From contig CAVYIK010000003.1 of NCBI GenBank assembly GCA_963768625.1, positions 390,715-454,714 of the forward strand: a DNA stretch of 64,000 bases, in the 5' to 3' direction. Positions 34,366 to 45,055 of this stretch are shown here, piece by piece; position 1 is the first letter of the stretch, and every line of letters begins with the position of its first letter. The translations under genes and the position numbers were made by a program. This DNA is from an uncultured bacterium (GTDB lineage: Bacteria > Patescibacteriota > Minisyncoccia > UBA6257 > 2-01-FULL-56-20). Under the pieces are notes generated by a model. That model searched no databases. It saw nothing but the letters and a program-made list of their open reading frames with translations, and had not been told where the DNA came from.

Positions 34366-35076
34366 CTAGTTCTTCGCGAACGGATTGTGCGCGCCAATGA
34401 CCTCGAAATGCACGTGGCAACCGGTCGCATCGCCGGTCTCGCCCATAAGCCCGATCTCCTGCCCCTGCTTCACGTAACTGCCGATCTGCACCAATGCTTT
34501 TTCGAGGTGAGCATAGCGGGTAAGGACATCATCGCCGAAGGGATGCTCTATGAGCACAAAATTCCCATAGCCATCGTTCCAGCCGTCTGTTACGTTCGTG
34601 ATATTCGGGTCGGGGACGATAAGCCCTTCTGCTGCAGCGACGACGGGCGTGCCGCAGTGGTTCGCGATATCAACCGCATTGTAATTATGTAAAATTCCCC
34701 AGTCGTAACCCTTGGCGGGCATGATAAACTTACTGTTCAGGTTCGGCAGTGCGGTGGGAACGTCGAGGTCGGGGGCTTGGATGGCGTTTGGTGCCCCCGG
34801 ATCTTTCATTGTGGCTCTATCCGAAGAAACTGCGTCCGCCAAGCCGACGCTCGGATATCCCAATGCCCCGCTGTCCGATCCGAGAAGAGCACCCTCCGTC
34901 ATGCTGCCGCCGAGCGCTGCCGACTGGGCGAGTTCCGCCCCTTCGGCGCTTGAAATGAGCGGGGGAGGACTATCCGGGCCCCCAAGGACTCCGCGTACCT
35001 CGGTAAAACCCGTTTTCCTAAAGAATAAAGAGCCCAGAAAAAGGCACCCCATAACCAAAAAAACGGCCACAGTCAA
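34366..35076 (-). CDS. M23 family metallopeptidase (membrane anchored)
   Basis: N-terminal TM helix, then DGYGNFVLIEHPFG...TRYAHL...GETGDATGCHVHFEV. Confidence 0.8.
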   Translation of the reverse strand: MTVAVFLVMGCLFLGSLFFRKTGFTEVRGVLGGPDSPPPLISSAEGAELAQSAALGGSMTEGALLGSDSGALGYPSVGLADAVSSDRATMKDPGAPNAIQAPDLDVPTALPNLNSKFIMPAKGYDWGILHNYNAVDIANHCGTPVVAAAEGLIVPDPNITNVTDGWNDGYGNFVLIEHPFGDDVLTRYAHLEKALVQIGSYVKQGQEIGLMGETGDATGCHVHFEVIGAHNPFAKN

Positions 35077-35135
35077 TGGTTTATTCTTCCCATATAATTG
35101 TCGTACTATCGTACTAATAAGAGCAGCTTATCACA

Positions 35136-37033
35136 ATGGCCTCAAAACATCAAATAAGGCAGGTTTTTCCGCTCAACCCAGCCCAAAAAGCGGCAGCCGA
35201 AGCCCCCATTACTCCTTTATTAATAGTGGCGGGAGCCGGAACCGGCAAAACAAGGACCCTCACGCGCCGCATCGTTCACCTTATAGAGACCGGCATGCCG
35301 CCGGAAGGATATGCGCCATAACCTTCACGAACAAGGCGGCGCAGGAAATGAGGAACCGCGTGGCGAACCCGGAACCCTTTATCGGCACCTTCCATTCGCT
35401 CGGGGCAAGAATATTCCGGAAGGAATGCCGCGCATTCGGCCGGAAGCCGAATTTCGTGATTTTTGATGACCATGATTCCTTTGAGCTTGTTAAAAAAATC
35501 ATTAAAGAACTGCTTGACGATCTCGGCAACGGGAAAAAAAAAAAAGTACGCCGGCGTTCTTCGCTCAGAAAATTTCCGAGATAAAAATATTGTTGGCGGA
35601 GGCGCTCGAAAACGCCGAAGGACTCGCCGAGAGAAAAGCGCTATAGCAAGGAAGTTTTCCAAAAATACGAAGCGGCGCTCATGCAGAGAACAATGCGTTT
35701 GATTTTGACGACCTCATTGAAAAGCCGGTCGCGCTCTTCAAAAAAGATCCCGCAGTCCTCGAGAAATATCAGGCGAAGTTCGACGCCTCCTCGTGGACGA
35801 ATATCAGGACATCAATCCGAAACAATACGAGCTCGTAAAGCTCCTCGCGGGAGGCCATCGGAATTTGAGCGTCGTAGGGGATGACGAACAAACGATCTAC
35901 AGCTGGCGGTATGCGGACATCCGCACCTTCTTGGATTTTGACAAAGAATTGGCCCGGGGCGAAAATTTATTTTCTTGAAGAGAATTATCGCTCAACCGGG
36001 AATATCATCCGCGCTGCGCAGGCGGTCGCAGGAAATAACCGCTACCGCACGCCGAAAACATTATGGACGAAAAATCCGGAAGGAGAAGCCATTTCGCTCT
36101 TTGAAGCGTGGGGCGAGAACGAGGAAGCGGAATGGATCGCGGAGGAGATCGCGGAAGATAAACTCGCGCGACGCAAGGCCGAGATCGCTATCCTCTATCG
36201 CACGAATGCGCAGTCGCGCGCGATCGAACAGGCGCTCATCCGCCGCGACATTCCCTACCAGATCTTCGGCGGCCTGAAATTCTATGAACGGCGCGAAGTG
36301 AAGGATGCTGTCGCCGCGCTGCGCTGGGCATCGAACGACCGCGACGAGATCGCGCGGGAGCGGCTCGAAAAAAATCTCTCAAAGCGGAAATTTGCGGCGT
36401 TCAAGGGGAAAGATCATGCCGACGCGAAGCATCCCAAGCCCGATCGATATTATCAAGATTTTCCTTGAAACGTTTGGTTATTTTGACTATCTCGAAGGAA
36501 AATTTTCTGAACGCCGACGAGCGAGAGGAGAACATCGCCGAGCTCATCGATTTCGCGTCTGGATTTGAAAATTTGCCCGATTTTCTTGAGAAAATATGCG
36601 CTTCTCCAGGCGACGACGACGATTGGCCGACAAACCGCAGACGCCGAGAAGAAAGCGGGGCGGAAAGACAAACGCAAGTGAACCTGATGACGATCCATCT
36701 TGCGAAAGGGCTTGAATTCGAAAAAGTGTTCATCGCGGGCGTCTGCGAAGGGCTCCTGCCGCATATCCGCTCGATTGACAACGAGCGTCGATCGAAGAAG
36801 AGCGGCGGCTCATGTATGTCGCGATGACGCGCGCGAAGGAAAAACTGCACGTGAGCTTTTACGGCATGCCGTCGCGGTTCATCGCGGAGATCCCGGAAGA
36901 TTGCATCAAGCTCATCGTCATGGATGGGACGGCGGATGAGGCAGCGGACGAGACAGAGAGGGGGAGAACGGCCGCCAAACGCAGGCCATTTTCCGAAAGC
37001 GACGACTTCGAGGAAAATGTGATAGACATTTGA
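35136..37033 (+). pseudogene. uvrD: UvrD/PcrA-type ATP-dependent DNA helicase, at least 7 frame changes
   Basis: Motifs are spread over many frames: AGAGTGKTRTL (Walker A), [88 protein letters not shown], and VNLMTIHLAKGLEFEKVFIAGVCEGLLPH. Confidence 0.85.
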
Positions 37034-37833
37034 CCGCGATGCCAAACAAATTTCTTGGACAACATTTTTTGAAAAATGAGGGGGTGGTCAAAAAGATCAT
37101 CGCCGCAATCGCGCCTCAAAAGGGCGAGACGATCATTGAGATCGGTCCGGGGCATGGCGAACTCACGCACCTGCTTGCGACAGCGTGCAAAAAAACTGGC
37201 GCAAAGCTCATTGCGATAGAAAAGGACCACGGTCTCGCGTTGATGCTGAAGGGCGAGTTTCAGGACGATCTGTCGGAGAGAAGGATGGAGATAATAGAGG
37301 GCGACATCCTCGATGCTTTCGCCGAGGGGACGATCGCGCCGAAATCGCCTTTTAAGATCGCGGGTAATATTCCGTACTATCTTACGGGACATCTCCTCCG
37401 GACCATTGGCGAGCTCGGCGAACGGCCGCTGCGTACGGTCCTCATGGTGCAAAAAGAAGTGGCCGAGCGCCTGATGGCGGAGCCACCGGACATGAACCGC
37501 TTTGCGGCAAGCGTCCAATTCTGGGCAAAAGCGGACATCGTAACGGCGGTCCCGAAAGAAGATTTTGATCCCAAGCCGAAAGTGGATTCTGCGGTGTTGA
37601 TCCTTGACCGCAACGATGATGCGGAACACGGTGCGAAAGCGGACGCGTACTATGCGGTCGTAAGAACTCTCTTTGCTCAACCGCGCAAAACCGTAGAGAA
37701 CAATCTTCGGGCTCGCTTTGGGAAGGATGGCGCAATCCGCATATTGGCGGCCGCGCATATTGATCCGAAGCTTCGCCCGCAGAACCTGTCCATCCAAAAT
37801 ATAAAGCAGATCGGGGATAACCTAATGCTATAA
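37030..37833 (+). CDS. rsmA: 16S rRNA (adenine1518/1519-N6)-dimethyltransferase
   Basis: LGQHFLKNEGVVKKII...IIEIGPGHGELT...IAGNIPYYLTGHLL. Intact 267-aa ORF. Confidence 0.85.
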   Translation: MTAMPNKFLGQHFLKNEGVVKKIIAAIAPQKGETIIEIGPGHGELTHLLATACKKTGAKLIAIEKDHGLALMLKGEFQDDLSERRMEIIEGDILDAFAEGTIAPKSPFKIAGNIPYYLTGHLLRTIGELGERPLRTVLMVQKEVAERLMAEPPDMNRFAASVQFWAKADIVTAVPKEDFDPKPKVDSAVLILDRNDDAEHGAKADAYYAVVRTLFAQPRKTVENNLRARFGKDGAIRILAAAHIDPKLRPQNLSIQNIKQIGDNLML

Positions 37834-37857
37834 TTGGAGTAATCACGGCTCCCGCCC

Positions 37858-39042
37858 ATGAACGACCATCAAAAAATTCTCGCATTGGTGCTGCTTGCAT
37901 TCGTAATACTGATCGGTGCCGCTTTCTTCTTGCCATCCCTTTGGTTCCACCCGGGAACGACCGGTGCCACTCCCGGCATCGCCTCCCTCCCCGTAGGAAA
38001 CTCTCCTTCCGCGGCGGCCCCTCTTTCTGGAAATGCCTTTGTCCCCGCGACCGGCATGGCCGGTACTTCGGGCGGTGGCACATCAAGTGGGCCGAATTCT
38101 CCCGCTGCGCCTGCCACAAATCAGCCGTCAACGCCTAATGCAGGGCGGGCCACCGGCTCCGCTCCGGCCACCGCCACGACGCCCGTACCTGCGGCCCCGA
38201 CTGCCCAAGCGACCGCCACGTCGACCCCAACCTTTGCACTTCCTAATATCCCCGACAGCGAGATAGCCATTAGCTCGTCGGGTGTGGCAACCACGATGGG
38301 CTACTTGATCTACCTGAGCACCCATCCTTCCGGCGTTTCCTTTGACCCGCAAAAATTCAGCGCTGCCCTTAAGCAAGGGACCAGTACCCCGCTTTTTATC
38401 GAAGACCTTATCAGTAAAGCGGTCGCGGACGATAATTTTTCGGAAATAAGCAGTTCGTTATTGATCCATCAGGGCTTTATCAACGCAGAAATAAATTTCT
38501 TAAAATCCATAGGGGTGACGGGAAATGCGGTCACGCTGGACAAGGAAACGATCGGCTTCGAAGAGCTCACGCTTGACCTTATCAACAACGCCCTCGCTGT
38601 CGGCTCCGGGAAAATGTCCGAAAGCGACTTCCTGAATTACTATCAGGAATTCAACAGGACCGCGTCTCTCGCAAACCAGCAACTCCTGGGGCAGGTGGGG
38701 CTGCTTCCTTCGCCCAGCGGGCAAAGCTGGCTTGTGCCAACTGCATTCGCCCAGGGAGCAGGCGTCCCCTTCGGGGGGCCCATTGTGGGCGTACCCATTG
38801 ACTGCTTGTGCGATTTTGGGCTCCTCGTGATCATAGGCCCCCCGGTTCCCGCCCAACTTTTCGTTTCATATCTTTTTCTTGAGACGCCGCTTTTCTTTCT
38901 CGACAAGTCCCTCCTCCCGGGGTCCTACTGGCTTGGGCTCTATAATCCGCTTGCGCCTATCCCTTGCGCCGAACTGCCGGTCTGCGAACCCATCGATGTC
39001 GGAGGGCCTGTCATCTTGACCGGTACAAGTCTAGGCCCGTAA
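37858..39042 (+). CDS. hypothetical secreted/membrane-anchored protein with a Pro/Ala/Thr-rich region, 394 aa
   Basis: N-terminal TM helix (ILALVLLAFVILIGAAFFL), a low-complexity PATNQPSTP... segment, and a cysteine-containing C-terminal domain. Confidence 0.5.
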   Translation: MNDHQKILALVLLAFVILIGAAFFLPSLWFHPGTTGATPGIASLPVGNSPSAAAPLSGNAFVPATGMAGTSGGGTSSGPNSPAAPATNQPSTPNAGRATGSAPATATTPVPAAPTAQATATSTPTFALPNIPDSEIAISSSGVATTMGYLIYLSTHPSGVSFDPQKFSAALKQGTSTPLFIEDLISKAVADDNFSEISSSLLIHQGFINAEINFLKSIGVTGNAVTLDKETIGFEELTLDLINNALAVGSGKMSESDFLNYYQEFNRTASLANQQLLGQVGLLPSPSGQSWLVPTAFAQGAGVPFGGPIVGVPIDCLCDFGLLVIIGPPVPAQLFVSYLFLETPLFFLDKSLLPGSYWLGLYNPLAPIPCAELPVCEPIDVGGPVILTGTSLGP

Positions 39043-39054
39043 GAGCCGCGGGAC

Positions 39055-40338
39055 CTACGGGAGCGCCACGCCGTACAACCTCTGGTCGTAGCGGTTGATG
39101 AAGAACAATCTGTTGTTGAATATCTTGAGGTCGGTCGCGTCGAGATTGTAGCTTTGGTCGGAAAATACCACGCTGAGCGTCCCGTCATTCGTGTTGACCT
39201 TATAAAAATCGTCTGCGGTGAGGATTATCTTCTGATTGTACTCATCCGGCAGGCGCGCGATCGTAAGCGTCTGCTGATCGCGCGGTACGGCGCAGTAGAG
39301 ATCGAGGGTGGTGGTCGTCGCAGCCATGGCCGTGGTCGTGGCCTTGGCGGTAGTCGAGGTCGCCGCAGTGGTCGAAGCTCCCTGCGGCAGGGCGACGACA
39401 TCCTCATTGAACGCGCACTTAGAAGGCAGCGTGACGAACGTGAGGACCGTCTGGCTCCCCGAGAAGTTTAACAAGGAAATGTCGCCGCCCACGTATCCGG
39501 TAGTGCCCCTAAAGATAAGCCCCAGGCCACTCGTGGCATTACTCCAGATACTTTGCAGTGCCAGGTCTTGGAAATCCACGGAGATAATGGTTTTGTTCGA
39601 TATATTAAAGGCCCAGGCTGATCCGACTATATAGGCATCCGGCTTGTCGGAAAGGATGAGTGTGCCTTTATTGGGCCACCGGAGAAGCATATCTTCCATG
39701 GCCACCGTCGCAAGGACCGACGGCGCAGCGCCTGGAGCTACGGAGTTCAGGATCACGATATTCTCTTTGCCGCTCCCGCTTGCCCCGCTCGTAAGGTATG
39801 CCACCTGATAGCTACTTGGCGACCAAGCGGGGCTTTGCATCCCCTGGGGAAGCGGTGTCCATGCCTTTGAGGCAAGGTCGAAAACGCTTGTTTGCGGGTC
39901 GGCCCCGTCGCCAAAATTCACGAGTATCTTCTTCCCGTCATACGAAAAGCTCGCGCCTATGATGTCCTGGATCTTGGATGAGCTCAAAATGACCGGCTGG
40001 CCGTTCGTGAGCGTGAGAATTGTGCCATCGGGCTGGATGAGCGTAGTATTGTTTCCACTATCAACGTAATAATCCATCGCCTGCTCATCCCCCAGGACGC
40101 CGAATGTTTGTGACGAGTTCGTGGTGCCGGAAGGAGAGCTCCCAGAGGTCCCACCGGTATTTCCCGTTTGATTCCCGGAAGTTCCTTGGGCGGGGACGTT
40201 AGGGAGCGATCCGGTTTGTCCCGCCGGCGTTACGGCACCTCCGCTCTGGCGGAAGAAAAGATAATAGAGCAAAATGCCGACGAGGATAATCACGACGATG
40301 ACGCCCAAGATAATAAGTGTTTTTTTGTTCCTACTCAT
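39055..40338 (-). CDS. hypothetical membrane-anchored extracytoplasmic protein (possibly beta-propeller-like), 427 aa
   Basis: N-terminal TM helix, a G/S/T-rich linker, and repeated beta-strand-like segments (MQSPAWSPSSYQVAYL). The fold was not verified. Confidence 0.45.
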   Translation of the reverse strand: MSRNKKTLIILGVIVVIILVGILLYYLFFRQSGGAVTPAGQTGSLPNVPAQGTSGNQTGNTGGTSGSSPSGTTNSSQTFGVLGDEQAMDYYVDSGNNTTLIQPDGTILTLTNGQPVILSSSKIQDIIGASFSYDGKKILVNFGDGADPQTSVFDLASKAWTPLPQGMQSPAWSPSSYQVAYLTSGASGSGKENIVILNSVAPGAAPSVLATVAMEDMLLRWPNKGTLILSDKPDAYIVGSAWAFNISNKTIISVDFQDLALQSIWSNATSGLGLIFRGTTGYVGGDISLLNFSGSQTVLTFVTLPSKCAFNEDVVALPQGASTTAATSTTAKATTTAMAATTTTLDLYCAVPRDQQTLTIARLPDEYNQKIILTADDFYKVNTNDGTLSVVFSDQSYNLDATDLKIFNNRLFFINRYDQRLYGVALP

Positions 40339-40340
40339 GG

Positions 40341-41036
40341 CTATTCGGCGTAGGTGAGGTTTGTCGAGTCGTAGGCGGACATCCCACTCGCCTGATCGGT
40401 TATGGTGAGCGATACGGCATACGCGGATCCGAGCGATGTGCCGGAGGCGATGTTCACCTGGAAAGTCTCCGGATTTTCAGCGGTGGCAGGAGATTGCCCG
40501 TTCACTGACCACGCGTAAGAAAGCGATGACGGATTCGCTACGCTGAAAAAGTAGGGGGTCGCCTGCAGCGTGAACGATTTCGCCAAAAAGTTTTCCTGGG
40601 GATGCTGGGCTTCAATGACCGCTTTCGGCTGAATGATGGGGATCTGTACGGTGTTTTGAAGCAGGCTCCCGTTGTCGCCGTAGCTCGGCACTTGCGCATT
40701 AAGTGTCAGGAATGTCGGCGCCGTGCCGAAAGGGGAGAAGAAAATATATTGGACTCCCTGCCCGCCGTCGATCAGCGTGCCGTTTTCGTACCAATAGATC
40801 GTTTGGCCCGAAAGATCCACTTGCCTTCCGCCTGAGATCAATGTGAGCGAGGCTGTGATCCGGGACGATTGGTTGGGAAGCACTTTGTCTGGATAGTTCG
40901 ACGGGGCGTAGCTCCCCTGAGCGCTCCACGTGATGAGGAGCTCGGGACCCGCCGTTTGGGCGTTTACCCTGAGCGTGGCGGCACCGACAATGATGAGAGC
41001 TGCAAAGAGGATGACGACAATGAGTTTGAGCTTCAT
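40341..41036 (-). CDS. hypothetical secreted protein (Ig/PKD-like repeats?), 231 aa
   Basis: Signal peptide MKLKLIVVILFAALIIVGAATLRVNA. A 3-nt gap separates it from the downstream gene. Confidence 0.45.
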   Translation of the reverse strand: MKLKLIVVILFAALIIVGAATLRVNAQTAGPELLITWSAQGSYAPSNYPDKVLPNQSSRITASLTLISGGRQVDLSGQTIYWYENGTLIDGGQGVQYIFFSPFGTAPTFLTLNAQVPSYGDNGSLLQNTVQIPIIQPKAVIEAQHPQENFLAKSFTLQATPYFFSVANPSSLSYAWSVNGQSPATAENPETFQVNIASGTSLGSAYAVSLTITDQASGMSAYDSTNLTYAE

Positions 41037-41122
41037 AGGCGTTGTTTTTATTATATCATGCCTGGTTTCCCTGTGGACAGGAATGTATGCTTGACGCCCC
41101 CGTTAAGTTATAATAAAACCAA

Positions 41123-43387
41123 ATGCCGGACGTAAAAAAGCTTATTACGGGGTTCCTGATCCTGGCCGGAGCCACCGCTACCTCGGCAGCGATTTTGTCG
41201 AGCGTGAACATCGGGAACTCCGGTGAACCGGCGCCTGTTGCGGCGGTTGCCGCAGCACCGGCGAGCGCTCCTTCCGTTCCCGACAATGCTTTTGTAGACA
41301 ATTCGCAGCCACAGAACGCCGCCATCGCGGGCGTGGTCGCGTCTTCGACGGATTCTGCCGACGGCGACCCGAGTAACGTCACCGAAAACCTTGCCGACGC
41401 CTTTGCAAGCGGCGTAGTGGAATCGAACCCGACCGTTCCTCAATCGGCTAGCGCCGGCAATGTTCAACTCGCGGATCCTGACCCGCAGACGATGGCGGAG
41501 GCGCTTTTGAACGAGCCGGCGGTGGCGAGCATGACGCTGCCCGACTGGGATAACGAATCCAACCTTCTCCAGAATGAAATGAAGATCGTGCAGGACTCGA
41601 CCGATACCCTCGTCACCTACCTGAACGCTTTCGCGAAGATCAATAATGAGCGGCTCGTCCAATCGGGGCTTCTCGATACGGTGAAAAACGAGGTGAACGC
41701 GAATAATGAAGAGGATGCTTCCGTGCTGCCCAGGGCGGGCTCGGCGGTCGTCGACATGCTCGGCGCCGCCATCGCGCTGCCCACGCCCGCGTCGCTCGTC
41801 GATTTCCAGAAAAGTTTCATCAAGCTCTTAGTGTACGAGAACGCCGTCTCCTCGCTCGAACAAAATACTTCGGACGATCCGGGGAAGGCCGCTCTTGTCC
41901 TCCAATACAAGCAGAGCGATTATGACCAGGCCGTACAGAACTTTAGCGATCAGTCGCAGGTACTCAATAAATTCATAACGGAAAAACCGCCTCAATCCAA
42001 GGAAAGCGGGTTGCTGTCATTGATGCAAGATTTGTTTTTGCCCGGGATCGCCAACGCGCAGGTGTTCGTCCCCGTAATCGATCCCACTGCCAAGGCGGCG
42101 ATTGCGGCGGCGGCGGCGGAGAATGACGAACATGGATGGGCGGTGTTTTTCGAACAACTTGGGAGGAATATAGGAATTCAGATCCTCAAAAACACGCTGA
42201 TGCTGCTCGTCCAAAAGAAGGTGCTCAAATGGATCCAGGGGAGCGGTGCGCCGCGCTTCGTGCAGCAATGGGGCACCATGGCCGTGAACGCTTTTACGAC
42301 TGCTGCAATAAATAAATTAAACCAAAGCATGGCCTGTATAGCCCCGGTCCAGGCGGGTTCGCTAAAAATACTCTTCGCGACCCCGAACGCCAGCGCCCAG
42401 GGTAATTTTTGTGCGAATACCTTTAATAGCTTCCTGCGCGCCCCGAATTTTCAACAGCTTTCCACCCATTTCACGAACTTCAATGATTATTTCGGACTGC
42501 TCCAGCCGGGCAACAATATGTGGTCGAATATTATCACCCTCCAAGACCAGGCGCGCGCTGCCGGCGCCAACAATCAATCCGCAGTCCAATTAAAATCGGT
42601 CGCCGGCCAAGGGATGACCGGCTCCCAGGCCTGTAGCGACGGCAGTAACCCGAACGGCATAGACACCGTCTGCGAGTCTCAAGGTGCAGGCACGGGGCCT
42701 ACGGGGGCTAAGCCTCCATGTCCCGCCGGACAAGTAGCGGTGCAGATTCAGAACAACGGCCAGTGTTCCAACGGCACGGAGCCGGCGGTCACCATGCCGG
42801 CCATCGTGACCGGGCAGTCGCTTCAGACCGCAATCGGCGCCAGCACCCTGAACACCGCAACAGCAAACGAGATTGCCGGGATCATCGACGCGCTGGCGTC
42901 TTCGCTTTTAACGAGCATCACCCAGGAGGTCATCGGTGCCGTGACGAAAGACATAAACGGCGTCTTGACGGCTGGCTCGAGCGGCGGCTTACTCACCATT
43001 TCGGCAAGCTCAACGGTCCCGCTCGACATCAACGTCCCCTCCTCAACGACTGCGTCGACTTCGGGGAGCGGCGTCCAATGCGATACCCTGCAGACCACCG
43101 GCAGTCTTGATCTCACGACTGGCCTCGCCACGGTGAGTCTCTACGCGCAAGGAGGAGCCCTTGACATAAACGCCATATCAAGCGGGACCGGCGACGGCGA
43201 ACCGATCTATACGTGGTCCGCGCCAGGAGCGGTAGGCACGATCACCGGGACAACTACCGTATCAACGCCCTTTACCGTGACCTATAACGCCGCGGGCGTA
43301 TATCACGCGGCCGTCACCGCCTCGACCGACAATTCTGTCGCAAGCTGTGAAGTCGATATCTCAACCGCCACATCAACAACGCCCTAA
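41123..43387 (+). CDS. large secreted protein of the T4SS-like operon with a C-terminal PKD-like domain, 754 aa
   Basis: Signal/TM N-terminus. C-terminal YTWSAPGAVGTITGTTTVSTPFTVTYNAAGVYHAAVTASTDNSVASCEV. It is the first gene of a tightly packed plus-strand operon. Confidence 0.5.
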   Translation: MPDVKKLITGFLILAGATATSAAILSSVNIGNSGEPAPVAAVAAAPASAPSVPDNAFVDNSQPQNAAIAGVVASSTDSADGDPSNVTENLADAFASGVVESNPTVPQSASAGNVQLADPDPQTMAEALLNEPAVASMTLPDWDNESNLLQNEMKIVQDSTDTLVTYLNAFAKINNERLVQSGLLDTVKNEVNANNEEDASVLPRAGSAVVDMLGAAIALPTPASLVDFQKSFIKLLVYENAVSSLEQNTSDDPGKAALVLQYKQSDYDQAVQNFSDQSQVLNKFITEKPPQSKESGLLSLMQDLFLPGIANAQVFVPVIDPTAKAAIAAAAAENDEHGWAVFFEQLGRNIGIQILKNTLMLLVQKKVLKWIQGSGAPRFVQQWGTMAVNAFTTAAINKLNQSMACIAPVQAGSLKILFATPNASAQGNFCANTFNSFLRAPNFQQLSTHFTNFNDYFGLLQPGNNMWSNIITLQDQARAAGANNQSAVQLKSVAGQGMTGSQACSDGSNPNGIDTVCESQGAGTGPTGAKPPCPAGQVAVQIQNNGQCSNGTEPAVTMPAIVTGQSLQTAIGASTLNTATANEIAGIIDALASSLLTSITQEVIGAVTKDINGVLTAGSSGGLLTISASSTVPLDINVPSSTTASTSGSGVQCDTLQTTGSLDLTTGLATVSLYAQGGALDINAISSGTGDGEPIYTWSAPGAVGTITGTTTVSTPFTVTYNAAGVYHAAVTASTDNSVASCEVDISTATSTTP

Positions 43388-45040
43388 ATGAGCAAGATCA
43401 AGAGGATTCTCTATGTACCTGGTGTGGTGTTAAGTGGCATTGCGGCCATGGCAATCCCCGTCGTGGCTAACGCCGCTAGCTGGTACAACCCTGCTAGCTG
43501 GCTTACTATCGGTGATGTCGGCTCTTCATTAATCGCCGATGTTGCTTTTTTCTTTAGCTACATACTGGCGCTCATCGGCGGTATCGTTATCGGCATTGAG
43601 GCATGGATCATCGGTGTCGTATTGAATATAAACACCGGCATTTTCCAAACGGCGATTGTCCAGCAGGGATTCAGCATATCGCTCAGCATCGCGAACCTCG
43701 GTTTCGTACTAGGGATCATCGTCATCGCCATCGCGACCATCCTCCACCGCCAGTCCTACGGCATAAAGCAGATACTCTGGAAGCTTGTTCTTATGGCGAT
43801 TCTTGTTAATTTCGGCCTGGTCATCATGGCTCCTATCGTCGGATTCGGGAATTCCCTCACGCAATACTTCTTGAACTGTGTTGATCCGACCGGCGGCGGC
43901 TGTAGCACGACCAGGAACGGCCTTCAGAGCATGAATGATTTCGCCACGAGTCTTGCGGGATCCTTTAACCCTCAGAGCGATTTTGCCGTTGGCTCAAATA
44001 TGAACTCGAGCCAGCTTACCCAAACTTTGGGCAGCACGGCCAGCAGCAGCATTCAAGGGGCTTTCTCCACGGCGGGAAGTGATCTGGGCCAAATGGTGCT
44101 CCCCATAGCGGCCCTATTCTTTGTCGCCGTCCAATTGATTGTGGAAGTCATCGTGCTTGGAGTTTTTATCGTCATGCTTCTCATCCGCTATGTTTATATC
44201 GCTATCCTCGCGGTCATTTTGCCATTCGCTTGGCTTTCCTTTGTCTTCCCAGCATTCAAGAGTAACTTCACTAAGTGGTGGAGTCAGCTCATCCGGTGGA
44301 CGTTCTTCGCTCCTATCGTTGTGTTTTTCCTTTGGCTGGCAAATCAGACCATGACCGGAATGAGCAAGGCCGCAAGTGGCTCGCAGTCCTTTGCAACATA
44401 CGCCAGCCCCAGTAACGCGGTGTGGACAAGTTTATCCAATTTCTTCAGTAATATTTTCTCCCCGATTATCCAGAACTTTCTGAACATGTTGGTGATGGTC
44501 GGCTTGAGCATCGGCGGGATGATCGTCGCGGACAAGCTTGGCATCCAGGGGGCTAATGTGGCTGTCGGCGCGGTAAGGGAGGGGGCCAAGGACTTCGGGG
44601 TTTGGGCCGGCAAAACAACGGCGCGGTATGGCGGCCGCGCGGCCCAAGGCACTCTCAATGCCGCTTCGCGGCTGGCGGGACCAAAAGCGAAGATATCGGC
44701 AAGCGGGGGGCTATACACCCCGCTTACGGAATGGAGCAAGTTGCGCGCGCAAGCAGCTCAACGATTGGCGTCGGGGGCGCAGACGGCGGGCAAGTGGGCA
44801 TCGAGCCCGGATCTTAAAACAAAGGGCATAGGGGCAACCCTCTGGGGTGGGATAAAAAGAGGTTCGGGACTTTTCAAGGGGAAGCAGGCAAATGACTGGG
44901 AATGTCAGAGCTGCCAGCACATCGAAAGATCTACCAAAAAACCCTCCAGAAGTTGTCCGATTTGCGGAGCAATGCCTACTGAGGCAACAGCCTCCGCGGC
45001 AGGAGTAGCGTGGGCAAACTGGACCCAGATCCAGTCGTAA
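43388..45040 (+). CDS. polytopic membrane protein, VirB6/TrbL-like candidate, with a C-terminal zinc ribbon, 550 aa
   Basis: At least 7 hydrophobic helices. It sits upstream of the PrgI-like and VirB4-like genes. The tail reads WECQSCQHIERSTKKPSRSCPICG. Confidence 0.45.
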   Translation: MSKIKRILYVPGVVLSGIAAMAIPVVANAASWYNPASWLTIGDVGSSLIADVAFFFSYILALIGGIVIGIEAWIIGVVLNINTGIFQTAIVQQGFSISLSIANLGFVLGIIVIAIATILHRQSYGIKQILWKLVLMAILVNFGLVIMAPIVGFGNSLTQYFLNCVDPTGGGCSTTRNGLQSMNDFATSLAGSFNPQSDFAVGSNMNSSQLTQTLGSTASSSIQGAFSTAGSDLGQMVLPIAALFFVAVQLIVEVIVLGVFIVMLLIRYVYIAILAVILPFAWLSFVFPAFKSNFTKWWSQLIRWTFFAPIVVFFLWLANQTMTGMSKAASGSQSFATYASPSNAVWTSLSNFFSNIFSPIIQNFLNMLVMVGLSIGGMIVADKLGIQGANVAVGAVREGAKDFGVWAGKTTARYGGRAAQGTLNAASRLAGPKAKISASGGLYTPLTEWSKLRAQAAQRLASGAQTAGKWASSPDLKTKGIGATLWGGIKRGSGLFKGKQANDWECQSCQHIERSTKKPSRSCPICGAMPTEATASAAGVAWANWTQIQS

Positions 45041-45055
45041 GCCGCCCGCCCAACT

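Noticed and set aside
34712-35135. N-terminal two thirds of the 290-aa plus-strand ORF 34712-35584
   Set aside because: It is antisense to the M23 peptidase. Only the last part (after about 35290) is real coding sequence, as one frame of the broken uvrD gene.
36859-37797. 312-aa minus-strand ORF
   Set aside because: It lies fully antisense to the well-supported rsmA gene. Its Arg/Pro-rich composition is typical of shadow ORFs in high-GC DNA, and no motif is recognised.
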